NCBI GenBank assembly: GCA_965199345.1 | Contig: CBDARA010000002.1 | Location: 984,019-1,048,018 of the forward strand | Source: Acetobacteraceae bacterium | Lineage (GTDB): Bacteria; Pseudomonadota; Alphaproteobacteria; Acetobacterales; Acetobacteraceae | Direction: 5' to 3' | Length of the DNA: 64,000 nt | In this document: one piece after another, positions 28,688-37,414 of the stretch | Numbering within the stretch: the stretch's first letter is position 1 | How the letters are laid out: each line of letters starts with the position of its first letter | The notes under the pieces: generated by a model | Told to the model about the DNA's origin: nothing | The model's input: the letters and a program-made list of their open reading frames with translations, nothing else | Database searches by the model: none | Program-made: the position numbers and the translations under genes

Positions 28688-28764
28688 TGGCGCGCCCTGG
28701 TGGATTCGAACCACCGACCCACAGCTTAGAAGGCTGTTGCTCTATCCGACTGAGCTAAGGGCGC
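28688..28764 (-). tRNA. tRNA-Arg(TCT)
   Basis: The reverse complement folds as a cloverleaf: acceptor GCGCCCT/AGGGCGC, anticodon loop CTTCTAA, T-arm GGTGG-TTCGAAT-CCACC, encoded CCA. Confidence 0.95.
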
Positions 28765-28782
28765 CGCGTCCGGGTCCGGACC

Positions 28783-29094
28783 TCAGTGGGTCCAGTTCAT
28801 CAGCCGCGTGTATTTGAAATTGTCGGCGTAGGCCTTCGGCTTCTGCACCCGCGGCGGCACGATCTCGACCTCGACCTCGAGGCCCTCGCGCTTGGCGTAG
28901 GCCTCGGCCTCCTCCCGGTTGTCGAAGCGAAGCCGCAGCTGCGAGCGGGTGTCGCCGCTGCCCCACCAGCCCATGATCGGGTCGGCCTGCTTCCGCTCGG
29001 TCTTTTCCCACTCGAGGATCCAGTCGTCGGTGTTGGCGTGCCCCGACTGCATGGCCGATTTGCGCTGCTTGAAGATCCGTGCCCTCGCCGCCAT
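28783..29094 (-). CDS. ETC complex I subunit-like protein (NDUFS4 family)
   Basis: 103 aa from ATG 29094 (RBS AGGAAAGGA). Motifs AMQSG...WILEWE, DPIMGWWGSGDT, FDNREEAEAYA. The longer ORF to 29115 would abut tRNA-Pro (3' end at 29116). Confidence 0.85.
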   Translation of the reverse strand: MAARARIFKQRKSAMQSGHANTDDWILEWEKTERKQADPIMGWWGSGDTRSQLRLRFDNREEAEAYAKREGLEVEVEIVPPRVQKPKAYADNFKYTRLMNWTH

Positions 29095-29115
29095 CGCCTC
29101 GTCCTTTCCTCGCAC

Positions 29116-29192
29116 TGGTCGGGGCGGCCGGACTCGAACCGGCGGCCTCCTGTACCCAAAACAGGCGCGCTACCAGGCTGCGCCACGCCCCG
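29116..29192 (-). tRNA. tRNA-Pro(TGG)
   Basis: Acceptor CGGGGCG/CGCCCCG, anticodon stem CCTGT/ACAGG, loop TTTGGGT, T-loop TTCGAGT, encoded CCA. Confidence 0.95.
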
Positions 29193-29205
29193 CCAAAGGC
29201 GGAAG

Positions 29206-30129
29206 CTATGAGGGGCCCTCGGCTTCTGCAAGCGCGCGGCGGAGAATGCCACCGGCGCGCGCCAGCGCCTCGATCGCCTGCGACGCCGTGAGGCCGCGCG
29301 CCAGCAGGATCGCGCGCTTCACGTCGCCGTCGGCGGCGTCGAGACACGCGCTCGCCCGCGCCGGGTCGACGCGGCCGAACTCGACCACCATCGCCTGCGC
29401 CCGCCGCCGGAGCTTGGCGTTGCGCGGCCGCATGTCGACCATCCGGCCGCCATGGACGCGGCCGAGGCCGACCATCACCGCGGTCGACAGCATCGTCAGC
29501 GCGATCTTCTGCGCGGTGCCGGCCTTCATGCGGGTCGAGCCCGCGATCGGCTCGGCGCCGGTGGCGATCGCGACCGGGTGCTCGGCGGCGTCGAGCAGCG
29601 GACTGCCGGGACTGTTCGCGAGGCCGACCGTGAGCGCGCCGGCCGCGCGTGCCCGCGCCACCGCCTCGACCGTGAACGGCGTGGCACCGCTCGCGGCGAC
29701 GCCCACGAGCACGTCGAGCGGCCCGAGCGCGTGCCGTCGGACCGCCTCGGCCGCCGCCGCGCGGTCGTCCTCGGCGTTCTCGACCGCGTGCGCGAGTGCC
29801 GCCGTGCCGCCGGCCGGCAGCAGCAGCAGGCGCGCTTCGGGCCAGTCGAAAGTGGGCGCGAGCTCCGCGCCGTCGCCGGCGGCGAGCCGCGCCGACGTGC
29901 CGGCGCCCGCGTAGGCGAGACGGCCGGTGGCGCTCGCGCGAAGCCGCGCGGTCGCCGCCTCGGCTGCGCGCGCGAGCGCCGGCAAGGCCGGTCCGATCGC
30001 CGCCACGGCCGCGAGCTGGCCCTCCCACAGCGCCTGCAGCACGAGCGGCGCCGGCCAGGTGTCGAGCGCCGCGAGGCGCGGGTCGAACGCCTCCGTCTCG
30101 GGCGCGTTCGCGGCGTCCGGCTCGGCCAC
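29206..30129 (-). CDS. murQ: N-acetylmuramic acid 6-phosphate etherase
   Basis: 307 aa. SIS domain with GSTRMKAGTAQKIALTMLST and RLAYAGAGTSARL. Confidence 0.9.
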   Translation of the reverse strand: MAEPDAANAPETEAFDPRLAALDTWPAPLVLQALWEGQLAAVAAIGPALPALARAAEAATARLRASATGRLAYAGAGTSARLAAGDGAELAPTFDWPEARLLLLPAGGTAALAHAVENAEDDRAAAAEAVRRHALGPLDVLVGVAASGATPFTVEAVARARAAGALTVGLANSPGSPLLDAAEHPVAIATGAEPIAGSTRMKAGTAQKIALTMLSTAVMVGLGRVHGGRMVDMRPRNAKLRRRAQAMVVEFGRVDPARASACLDAADGDVKRAILLARGLTASQAIEALARAGGILRRALAEAEGPS

Positions 30130-30140
30130 GCGCGTCCGCC

Positions 30141-30626
30141 TCAGACCGTCCGCGCGAGCGGCGGCACGAACAGCGGCGCGGTGTCCCAGGGAAACAGGAT
30201 CCAGGTGTCCTGGCTCACCTCGGCGACGAAGCTGTCGGTGGCGGCCTTGCCGGCGGGCTTGGCGTAGAGGCAGGCGAAGGTGGCGCGCGGCAGATGTCTC
30301 CTCACCACGGCGGCCGTGTCACCGGTGTCGACGAGGTCGTCGATCACCAGGAACCCGTCGCCGTCGCCGGCGGCGGCCGCCGGCTTGACCAGCACCGGCT
30401 CGGATCGTGCCTCCTCGGCCTGGCCCTCCTGCCCGTAGCTCACGACCGAGACGCTCTCGACCAGCCTGATCTCGAGCTCGCGGGCGATGATCGCGGCCGG
30501 GATCAGGCCGCCGCGCGTCACCGCGACGATGCCGCGGAACGGACCTCGGGCGATCAACTGGCCCGCGAGCGCGCGGGCATCGCGGTGAAGCTGGTCCCAG
30601 GTCACGGTGGCGTAGGCGATCGGCAT
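30141..30626 (-). CDS. gpt: xanthine-guanine phosphoribosyltransferase
   Basis: 161 aa from ATG 30626. VTWDQLHRDARALA...IVAVTRGGLIPAAIIARELEIR...FLVIDDLVDTGDTA...AKPAG...QDTWILFPWD aligns along its length with E. coli Gpt as I remember it. Confidence 0.9.
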   Translation of the reverse strand: MPIAYATVTWDQLHRDARALAGQLIARGPFRGIVAVTRGGLIPAAIIARELEIRLVESVSVVSYGQEGQAEEARSEPVLVKPAAAAGDGDGFLVIDDLVDTGDTAAVVRRHLPRATFACLYAKPAGKAATDSFVAEVSQDTWILFPWDTAPLFVPPLARTV

Positions 30627-30961
30627 CAGGAAAGCGTCCCGCCGTTCGGCACCGGGCGTTCCGGCCCCGCGAGCGCGATCAGACCGCCCGCGTCCGGCAC
30701 GCCGAGGCAGAGCACCTCGCGCGTAGACCGGCCGATGCGGCGGGACGGCAGCGCGACCACCAGCGCCGGCCGTCCGACCAGCGCCTCCGGTGCGTGGAGC
30801 GCGGTCAGCTGCGCCGAGGAGCGGCGGAGGCCGAGCGCCGCGCCGAGATCGACCGTGAGCTTGGACGCGGCTTGCCGCGTCTCTGGAAACGCGTGTGCGG
30901 CGACCACCGTGCCGACGCGGATGTCGAGCTTCGCGAAATCGTCGATCGTCGCCTCGGCCAT
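30626..30961 (-). CDS. csaA: tRNA-binding domain protein (CsaA-like)
   Basis: 111 aa from ATG 30961 (IDDFAKLDIRVGTVVAA...KLTVDLGA...SSAQLT). TGATG overlap with gpt. Confidence 0.85.
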   Translation of the reverse strand: MAEATIDDFAKLDIRVGTVVAAHAFPETRQAASKLTVDLGAALGLRRSSAQLTALHAPEALVGRPALVVALPSRRIGRSTREVLCLGVPDAGGLIALAGPERPVPNGGTLS

Positions 30962-31031
30962 TGCTGCTTGTCGCCTGCCGTTCCCCTGTTGCCAAGCGCG
31001 GCCGCCGTCCGTAGAACGGCGCGGCTTGCTG

Positions 31032-31390
31032 GTCGGGCGTAGCTCAGCGGTAGAGCAACCGGCTGTTAGATTTGACACTTCGGCGGGTAACCGTCGTCGC
31101 TTATTCGGGTGAATTCGGTGAAACCCCATCCCGCCGCGTGGCGGAAGGGCAATGCCGAGCCAAGCCGGAGGCAGGGTCGTCCGACGGGTCACGCCGCCTG
31201 ACGTCGCTTCCGGAAGGTGTAGAGACTAGGCGGTGAGGGACCCTTCCGATAACCCGCCCTAGAGCGCCCGACACCCTCCCGGCCCTGTCTCGGCAGTGCG
31301 TCGCGGGTGAAGACATAGTCCGACACCGCCAGGAATGGCGGCAACGGTTGAACCGGTTGGTCGTAGGTTCGAATCCTACCGCCCGAGCCA
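31032..31390 (+). tRNA. tRNA-Asn(GTT) interrupted by a 284-nt intron (exons 31032-31066 and 31351-31390)
   Basis: The joined exons give a 75-nt cloverleaf: TCGGGCG TA GCTC AGCGGTA GAGC A ACCGG CTGTTAA CCGGT TGGTC GTAGG TTCGAAT CCTAC CGCCCGA G CCA. Confidence 0.88.
31067..31350 (+). ncRNA. group I intron (IC3-like ribozyme, no ORF)
   Basis: Follows exon U and ends in G. The core blocks GGCAATGCCGAGCCAAGC (31147-31164) and GAAGGTGTAGAGACTAG (31212-31228) nearly match the Azoarcus tRNA-Ile intron as I remember it. Also has a GNRA hairpin at 31080-31095 and a candidate guide GACA at 31073-31076. Confidence 0.85.
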
Positions 31391-31409
31391 CAAGCACCCC
31401 CGATCCGCG

Positions 31410-32423
31410 ATGACGAACGAGACCGGGCGCCCGATCCGACGTCGATCCGCGCTTGCCGGCGGCGGCACGTGGCTCGTGCTCGGCCGGGCGGCGGACGCCG
31501 CCGACCCGCACGCCGCCGATGCGTCGCGCCCGTTCGTGCTCGGCTGGCGCGAGGTCTCGCCTTCCGGCGTGATCGTTCTGGCGGCCGAGCAGGAGGGCCT
31601 GTTCGCCAAATACGGCGTGTCGGTGACGTTGCGGGCCGAGCGGACCGGCGATCCGCCGTTCGCGTCGCTGCTGGCGTCCGGCACCCTCGACGGGGCCGTC
31701 GCGCCGGCGCCGTTGCTGCTCGACCCGCTCCGGCGCGGCCTCGACGCGAGGTTCACCGCCGGTCTCTCGGGCGGCGGGCTCCGATTGCTGGCCGGCCGCC
31801 ACCCCCGTCTGCGCCACATCGAGGACATGAAGGGACGCAGGATCGGGATCGCGAACCCGGACGGGCCGGCGCGCCTGTTCTTCTCGGTCATGCTGCGACG
31901 GAAGGGCATCAACCCGTTCGCCGAGGTGACCTGGGTCACGGTCCCGACCAGCTCCATGGACGCCGCACTCGGGGCGGGGACGATCGACGCGATCGCGGTG
32001 TCCGATCCGGACGCCTTCCGGCTGATGCGGGCGGGGCGGCTGACCGCCGTCGCGACCAACGTGTCGGGTTCGTATCGCGATCGCACCTACGCCGCGCTGA
32101 TCCTGCGCGGCCCCTGCTTGCGGGGCGAGGCGCGGGTTCGCGCGGCCGGGCTCACGCGCGCGCTGCTCGACGGTGCCCGTTTCGTGGCGACCAGGACCGC
32201 GGCGGCGGCCGACCTCGCCGGCACGATCGCGCCCGACCTCCCGCCGGAGGCCCGCCGCGCCATGCTGGGCGGCGAGGCGCCCGACCGGCACCCGACCGGC
32301 GACGCGCTCGTCGACGACATCGCTGCCTACACCGACGAACTCAGGCTGCTGGGCACGATGCCATTCGAGCTCAACGCCGGACGCTTCGCGCGCGGCGTCT
32401 GCGACGACGTGCTGAAGACGTAG
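31410..32423 (+). CDS. periplasmic substrate-binding protein, NMT1/SsuA-TauA-like, Tat signal
   Basis: ATG 31410 lies just after the tRNA exon. Twin-arginine signal (GRPIRRRSALAGGG...AADA). SBP-like body (GIANPDGPARLFFSVMLRRKGINP...). Confidence 0.78.
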   Translation: MTNETGRPIRRRSALAGGGTWLVLGRAADAADPHAADASRPFVLGWREVSPSGVIVLAAEQEGLFAKYGVSVTLRAERTGDPPFASLLASGTLDGAVAPAPLLLDPLRRGLDARFTAGLSGGGLRLLAGRHPRLRHIEDMKGRRIGIANPDGPARLFFSVMLRRKGINPFAEVTWVTVPTSSMDAALGAGTIDAIAVSDPDAFRLMRAGRLTAVATNVSGSYRDRTYAALILRGPCLRGEARVRAAGLTRALLDGARFVATRTAAAADLAGTIAPDLPPEARRAMLGGEAPDRHPTGDALVDDIAAYTDELRLLGTMPFELNAGRFARGVCDDVLKT

Positions 32424-32462
32424 CACCGTCCGCCGCGGCGCCCGGGCTGCCGTCCGTCAATG

Positions 32463-32485
32463 GCGCGCCATTCGGCGTGCTTTTT
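32463..32485 (+). terminator. intrinsic terminator after the SBP gene
   Basis: GCGCGCC-ATTC-GGCGTGC is a 7-bp stem (one G.U pair) with a 4-nt loop, followed by TTTTT. Confidence 0.55.
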
Positions 32486-32551
32486 GAAACACCCGCTTAT
32501 CGAGCGTGTCATGCTCTATATACCGCACCCCTGGGGCGGGCGGAGAAGCAC

Positions 32552-33292
32552 ATGCGAGGTCTGGCATTCCCGGCGTCCGACGCACCGCGGGAGGACCCGC
32601 GCCGACGCGCGCGCCAGACGGAGATCCGCGACGCGCTGACCCGCTCGGGCCTCGACGGCGAGGCGCTGTTGGCGCGCGCACTGACCCGGGATCTGGCGGG
32701 CGACGTCGCCGTGATGTCGTCGTTCGGCGCGGAGTCGGTGCTGCTGCTGGCGATGGTCGCCGCGGTGGCGCCGTCGACGCCGGTGCTCTTCCTAGAGACG
32801 CGACGTCACTTCGCCGAGACGCTACGATACCGGAACGATGTTGTCGAACGGCTGGGATTGTGCGACGTGCGCGATGTCGAGCCCGACCCGCTCGACGCCG
32901 AGCGGGAGGATCCGGCCGGGGAGCTTTGGTATTTTGATCCGGATGCCTGCTGCGGATTGCGCAAGGTGCGTCCTCTCGCGTCCGCCCTGGCGCCGTTCGG
33001 CGCGTGGGTGACGGGGCGGAAGCGGCACCAGGCCGGCACGCGCGCCGGCCTCGGCCTCGTGGAGATCGTCGACGGGCGCATCAAACTGAACCCGCTCGCC
33101 CATTGGTCGGCGTCCGACGTCGCGGCCGAGCGCGCGCGTCGCGACCTGCCCGGGCATCCCCTGACGGCCTCCGGTTACATATCGATCGGTTGTGCACCTT
33201 GCACCCGACCCGTGATCGCGGGTGAAGATGACCGGGCCGGACGCTGGCGCGGTTCGGCCAAAACGGAATGCGGCATACACGGTTCGACCTGA
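32552..33292 (+). CDS. cysH: adenylylsulfate (APS/PAPS) reductase, Fe-S type
   Basis: 246 aa from ATG 32552 (RBS GGAG). Motifs SFGAESVLLL, CCGLRKVRPL, GCAPCT, KTECGIH. Confidence 0.9.
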   Translation: MRGLAFPASDAPREDPRRRARQTEIRDALTRSGLDGEALLARALTRDLAGDVAVMSSFGAESVLLLAMVAAVAPSTPVLFLETRRHFAETLRYRNDVVERLGLCDVRDVEPDPLDAEREDPAGELWYFDPDACCGLRKVRPLASALAPFGAWVTGRKRHQAGTRAGLGLVEIVDGRIKLNPLAHWSASDVAAERARRDLPGHPLTASGYISIGCAPCTRPVIAGEDDRAGRWRGSAKTECGIHGST

Positions 33293-33321
33293 TTTCTCTC
33301 GCCTTCAAGGCATTTGACAGC

Positions 33322-34116
33322 ATGGATGATCTCGACGCGCTCGAAGCCCAAAGCGTCTACGTGCTTCGGGAAGCCTATCGTCGTTTGCAGCCGCTCGCGA
33401 TGTTGTGGTCGCTCGGCAAGGACAGCAACGTCATGCTGTGGCTGGCGCGGAAGGCGTTCCTCGGCCGCGTGCCGTTTCCGGTGCTGCATGTCGACACCGG
33501 CCGCAAGTTTCCGGAGATGTACGCCTTCCGCGAACGTTACGCGCGGGAGTGGGATCTCGATCTCGTGATCGGCGACTGCCCGCCGATCGAGACGATCGAT
33601 CCGACGCTGCCGCCCGCGGCGCGGTCTGCGGCACGCAAGACGAGCGGTCTCGCGGCACTGATCGAGCAACGTGCTCTCGCGGGCGTGATCGCGGGGATCA
33701 GGCGCGACGAGCAGGCCACGCGCGCGAAGGAGCGCGTGTTCAGTCCGCGCGCCGCCGGCCATCGCTGGGACGTCCGCAACCAGCCGCCGGAGTTCTGGGA
33801 CCAGTTCGCCGTTCCCTTCGAGCCGGGCGCGCATGTCCGCGTCCACCCGCTGCTCGCCTGGACCGAACTCGACGTGTGGCGCTACATCGAACGCGAGAAG
33901 ATCCCCGTGGTCGACCTTTACTTCGCCCGCGACGGCCTGCGTTACCGCTCGCTCGGCGACCGCGACATCACGAGCCCGGTGCCGAGCGAGGCATCGACCA
34001 TCGCCGAGATCGTCGCCGAACTCCGCGAGACCCGCACGTCGGAGCGCGCCGGCCGAGCGTCCGACAACGAGACCGAGGACGCCTTCGAGCGGCTTCGCGT
34101 CGCCGGGTATCTCTGA
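33322..34116 (+). CDS. cysD: sulfate adenylyltransferase subunit 2
   Basis: From ATG 33322 (MDDLDALEAQSVYVLREAY...SLGKDSNVMLWL...HVDTGRKFPEMY). The earlier start at 33268 would overlap cysH. Confidence 0.9.
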   Translation: MDDLDALEAQSVYVLREAYRRLQPLAMLWSLGKDSNVMLWLARKAFLGRVPFPVLHVDTGRKFPEMYAFRERYAREWDLDLVIGDCPPIETIDPTLPPAARSAARKTSGLAALIEQRALAGVIAGIRRDEQATRAKERVFSPRAAGHRWDVRNQPPEFWDQFAVPFEPGAHVRVHPLLAWTELDVWRYIEREKIPVVDLYFARDGLRYRSLGDRDITSPVPSEASTIAEIVAELRETRTSERAGRASDNETEDAFERLRVAGYL

Positions 34117-35996
34117 TGCCGGACGCGTTCGAGACGTTCGACCCGCGTCCGGCAACGGATCGCCCGCCGACCCCGATCGTGTTCGTGGGGCATGTTGATC
34201 ACGGTAAGTCGACGCTGATCGGCCGGCTCCTGCACGACACCGGCAACCTCCCCGAGGGCCGCCTCGAAGCCGCAAGGCTGTCGAGCGAGCGGCGCGGGCA
34301 CGCGATCGAGTGGTCGTTCCTGCTCGACAGCCTGCAGGCCGAGCGCGATCAGGGCGTCACCATCGATGCGACGCGCCTGCCGTTCGCGCTCGGCGGACGG
34401 CCTTTCGTGATCATCGACGCGCCGGGTCACCGCCAATTCCTGCGCAACATGGTGACCGGTGCGGCCGATGCCTCGGCCGCGGTGCTGGTGGTCGATGTCG
34501 CCGAGGGCGTGCGCGAGCAGACGCGGCGCCACGCCGTCATGCTTCGCCTCATCGGCATCCGGCACGTCATCGTGCTGATGAACAAGGCCGATCTGCTCGA
34601 CTTCGACGAGGATCGCATCGGGACCGCCTCGGGCGCGATCACGTCGTTCCTCGCCGAGCAGGGCCTCGCGCCGGCGTCGATCATTCCCGCGTCCGCGCGC
34701 GACGGCGACAACATCGCCGCGGCCTCGGCGCGCGCGGCCTGGTATGACGGACCGACGCTCGCCGGCGCGATCGCCGCGGTCCCGCATGCCGCCGGCCGCG
34801 CCGACCGGCCGTTCCGCATGCCGGTCCAGGACGTGTATCGGCTTGGCGACCGGCGGGTCGTCGTGGGGCGCATCGAGAGCGGCCGTCTGGCCGTCGGCGA
34901 CACGGTCGCGATCGGCGCCGGCGCGACCGAAGCGCGCGTCGCCACCTTCGAGACCTGGGCCGCGCCGATGCGCCGCTCGGCCGAGGCAGGCGCATCGGTC
35001 GCGCTGGTGCTCGAGCCCGAGATCGTCGTCGAGCGCGGCGAGACGCTCGCGGCGCCCGACGCGAGGCCGCTCGCCGCCTCGCGGGTTCGGGCGCGCGTGT
35101 TCTGGTTGCGCGGCGACGCGCTCCGCCTCGGCGAGAGCCTCCGCCTCAGGGTTGCGACGGCGGAATACGCGGTCACCGTCGCCGCGATCGAGCGCGTGGT
35201 GCCGATCGACGCGCTCGCGGCCGAGGCCAGCGCGTCGCACGAGGTGCCGCCCGAAGGCTTCGCCGAGATCGTGCTCGTGGCCGACCGGCTGATCACGTTC
35301 GATCCGTTCGAGCCCGGCGCGCATGGCGGGCGAGGCGTGCTGGCCGACGTCTACGGACGCATCGTCGGCGGCGCACCGTTGCTGGCGCCGGTGGCGATCG
35401 CGCCGGACCAGTCGATCCACCCCGTCGCGTCCACCGTCACGCCGGACCAGCGCGCCCGGCGCCGCGGTCACGCCGCCCGCGTGTTCTGGCTCACCGGCCT
35501 GCCAGGCAGCGGCAAGAGCACGCTCGCGCACGCGGTCGAGCGGGAGCTGTTCGGGCGTGACATCGACGTCGCGGTGCTCGACGGCGACACGCTGCGGGCG
35601 CGGCTGAACGGCGATCTCGGCTTCTCGGATGCAGACCGGACCGAGAACGTCCGTCGCACCGCCTCGGTCGCGCGATTGATGGCCGATGCCGGGCTGGTGG
35701 TGTTGGTCGCGTTGATCTCGCCGCTCCGGGCGCAGCGCGCGCTGGCGCGCGACGTGATCGGGAGCGCGTTCCACGAGGTGTTCGTCGACGCCGATCCGGC
35801 GGTCTGCGCGGCGCGCGATCCGAAGGGGCACTGGGCCGCGGCGGCGGCCGGCAGGCTCCCGGGCTTCACCGGCCAGGGTGGCGCCTACGAGGCGCCGGAA
35901 GCGCCCGCGCTGCGGCTCGAGACGGGCGCGATGGCGATCGAGCAGGCGACCGATGCGCTCGTCGCGTTCATCGCCGCCCGCATACGGCTCGACTGA
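34116..35996 (+). CDS. cysN: bifunctional sulfate adenylyltransferase subunit 1 / APS kinase
   Basis: 626 aa. GTPase domain (GHVDHGKSTLIGRL, DAPGH, NKADL). C-terminal APS kinase (WLTGLPGSGKSTLA, LDGDTLR). TGATG overlap with cysD. Confidence 0.9.
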   Translation: MPDAFETFDPRPATDRPPTPIVFVGHVDHGKSTLIGRLLHDTGNLPEGRLEAARLSSERRGHAIEWSFLLDSLQAERDQGVTIDATRLPFALGGRPFVIIDAPGHRQFLRNMVTGAADASAAVLVVDVAEGVREQTRRHAVMLRLIGIRHVIVLMNKADLLDFDEDRIGTASGAITSFLAEQGLAPASIIPASARDGDNIAAASARAAWYDGPTLAGAIAAVPHAAGRADRPFRMPVQDVYRLGDRRVVVGRIESGRLAVGDTVAIGAGATEARVATFETWAAPMRRSAEAGASVALVLEPEIVVERGETLAAPDARPLAASRVRARVFWLRGDALRLGESLRLRVATAEYAVTVAAIERVVPIDALAAEASASHEVPPEGFAEIVLVADRLITFDPFEPGAHGGRGVLADVYGRIVGGAPLLAPVAIAPDQSIHPVASTVTPDQRARRRGHAARVFWLTGLPGSGKSTLAHAVERELFGRDIDVAVLDGDTLRARLNGDLGFSDADRTENVRRTASVARLMADAGLVVLVALISPLRAQRALARDVIGSAFHEVFVDADPAVCAARDPKGHWAAAAAGRLPGFTGQGGAYEAPEAPALRLETGAMAIEQATDALVAFIAARIRLD

Positions 35997-36097
35997 CGGG
36001 CGCCTCGAACGACCTCCGTCGCCGGCGGGTCGACCCGCCTTACCCGTGTCCCGGCGCTTCCCGGCCGCGCATGCCGCTGCTATGGCGGGTTTCCCGC

Positions 36098-36178
36098 GCG
36101 AGAGTGACGGAACGGTAGACGTAGTCGGCTCAAAATCGACCGCCGCAAGGCATGGGGGTTCGAGTCCCCCCTCTCGCA
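36098..36178 (+). tRNA. tRNA-Leu(CAA), CCA not encoded
   Basis: GCGAGAG TG ACGGAACGGTAGACGT A GTCGG CTCAAAA TCGAC, a long variable arm (GCC-GCAA-GGC), GGGGG TTCGAGT CCCCC CTCTCGC A. Confidence 0.85.
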
Positions 36179-36244
36179 TCGCCTGCGCCCTGACGGCGCG
36201 CCTGCCCACGCGCGCCAACCGCGCGCCGCCCCGAACGGTGTCCG

Positions 36245-37414
36245 ATGTCAGCCCGATCGAAGCCGGCCCTGCTGCCGGACCGGCCTTTCTTCTCGTCCGG
36301 TCCCTGCGCCAAGCGTCCGGACTGGTCGCTGTCGGCGCTCGAGGGCGCGCTGCTCGGGCGCTCGCACCGCGCGCCGCCCGCGCGCGCGCGGTTGCGCGCG
36401 GTGATCGACCGTTCGCGGCGCCTGCTCGGCATGCCGGACGACTGGCGGCTCGGGATCGTGCCGGGATCCGACACCGGCGCGGTCGAGATGGTGCTCTGGT
36501 CGCTCGCCGGCGCCCGCCCGCTCGACGTGCTCGCCTTCGAAAGCTTCACGCGCGCCTGGGCGTACGACCTCGCTGCCGAGCTGCGCCCCGAGGCGGGCGT
36601 GCGCGTGCTCGACGCCGCCTACGGAACGCTGCCCGACCTCGCCGCGGTGGACTGGTCGCGCGACGTGGTGTTCGCCTGGAACGGCACCACGTCCGGCGTG
36701 CGGATGCCCGATGCCGACTGGATCGACCGCGATCGCGGCGGCCTCGCGATCTGCGACGCGACCTCGGCGGCCTTCGCGATGCGGTTGCCATGGGACCGGC
36801 TCGATGTCGTCACCTGGTCCTGGCAGAAGGCGCTGGGCGGCGAGGCGGCGCACGGCATGCTGGCGATCTCGCCGCGTGCCGCGTCACGTCTCGCGGACCG
36901 GCCGGCGCCGCGGCCGCTGCCGAAACTGTTCCGGCTGGCCGGGCCCGACGGCTTGTTCGAGGGCATCTTCGAAGGCGACACGATCAACACGCCTTCGATG
37001 CTGTGCGTCGAGGACGCGCTCGACGGGCTGGTCTGGGCCGAGCGGATCGGCGGCCTCGACGCGCTGGTGCGGCGGAGCGAGGACAATCTGGCGATCGTGG
37101 CCGATTGGGTCGCGTCGAGCGACTGGGCGGAGTTCCTGGCCGCCGATCCGGCGACGCGCTCCTCGACTTCGATCTGCGTGGCACTCCGGGGTCCGCGCGT
37201 CGCGCGTCTCGACGAGGCCGCGCGCCGGCGCGTCGTCGCCTCGGCTGCGGCGTTGCTGGAGGCCGAGCGCGCCGCGTTCGACGTCGCCGCCTATCGCGAC
37301 GCGCCGCCCGGCTTCCGCCTCTGGGGTGGCGCGACCGTCGATGCCGAGGATCTGCGTCGCGTGCTGCCCTGGCTCGACTGGGCCGTCGCCGGCGCGATCG
37401 AGGCCGCCTCGTGA
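36245..37414 (+). CDS. serC: phosphoserine aminotransferase (short alphaproteobacterial type)
   Basis: 389 aa. Motifs [32 protein letters not shown]. Confidence 0.9.
   Translation: MSARSKPALLPDRPFFSSGPCAKRPDWSLSALEGALLGRSHRAPPARARLRAVIDRSRRLLGMPDDWRLGIVPGSDTGAVEMVLWSLAGARPLDVLAFESFTRAWAYDLAAELRPEAGVRVLDAAYGTLPDLAAVDWSRDVVFAWNGTTSGVRMPDADWIDRDRGGLAICDATSAAFAMRLPWDRLDVVTWSWQKALGGEAAHGMLAISPRAASRLADRPAPRPLPKLFRLAGPDGLFEGIFEGDTINTPSMLCVEDALDGLVWAERIGGLDALVRRSEDNLAIVADWVASSDWAEFLAADPATRSSTSICVALRGPRVARLDEAARRRVVASAAALLEAERAAFDVAAYRDAPPGFRLWGGATVDAEDLRRVLPWLDWAVAGAIEAAS

Noticed and set aside
31032-31390. The split tRNA-Asn as a tRNA-targeted integration (attL/attR) of a mobile island, or as two tRNA pseudogene fragments.
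   Set aside because: The halves are non-overlapping and complementary, making exactly one tRNA. The insert is only 284 nt, has no integrase and carries group I core sequences.
31335-31409. The upstream start (31335) of the binding-protein ORF.
   Set aside because: It would be translated from within the intron and tRNA exon 2. The twin-arginine signal begins at ATG 31410.
36024-36039. The hairpin GGCGGG-TCGA-CCCGCC after cysNC, and GCCTCAC-GCAT-GTGAGGC (about 63580-63597) after rpmB, as intrinsic terminators.
   Set aside because: The stems are plausible, but no U-tract follows either one. They are left out of the feature list.
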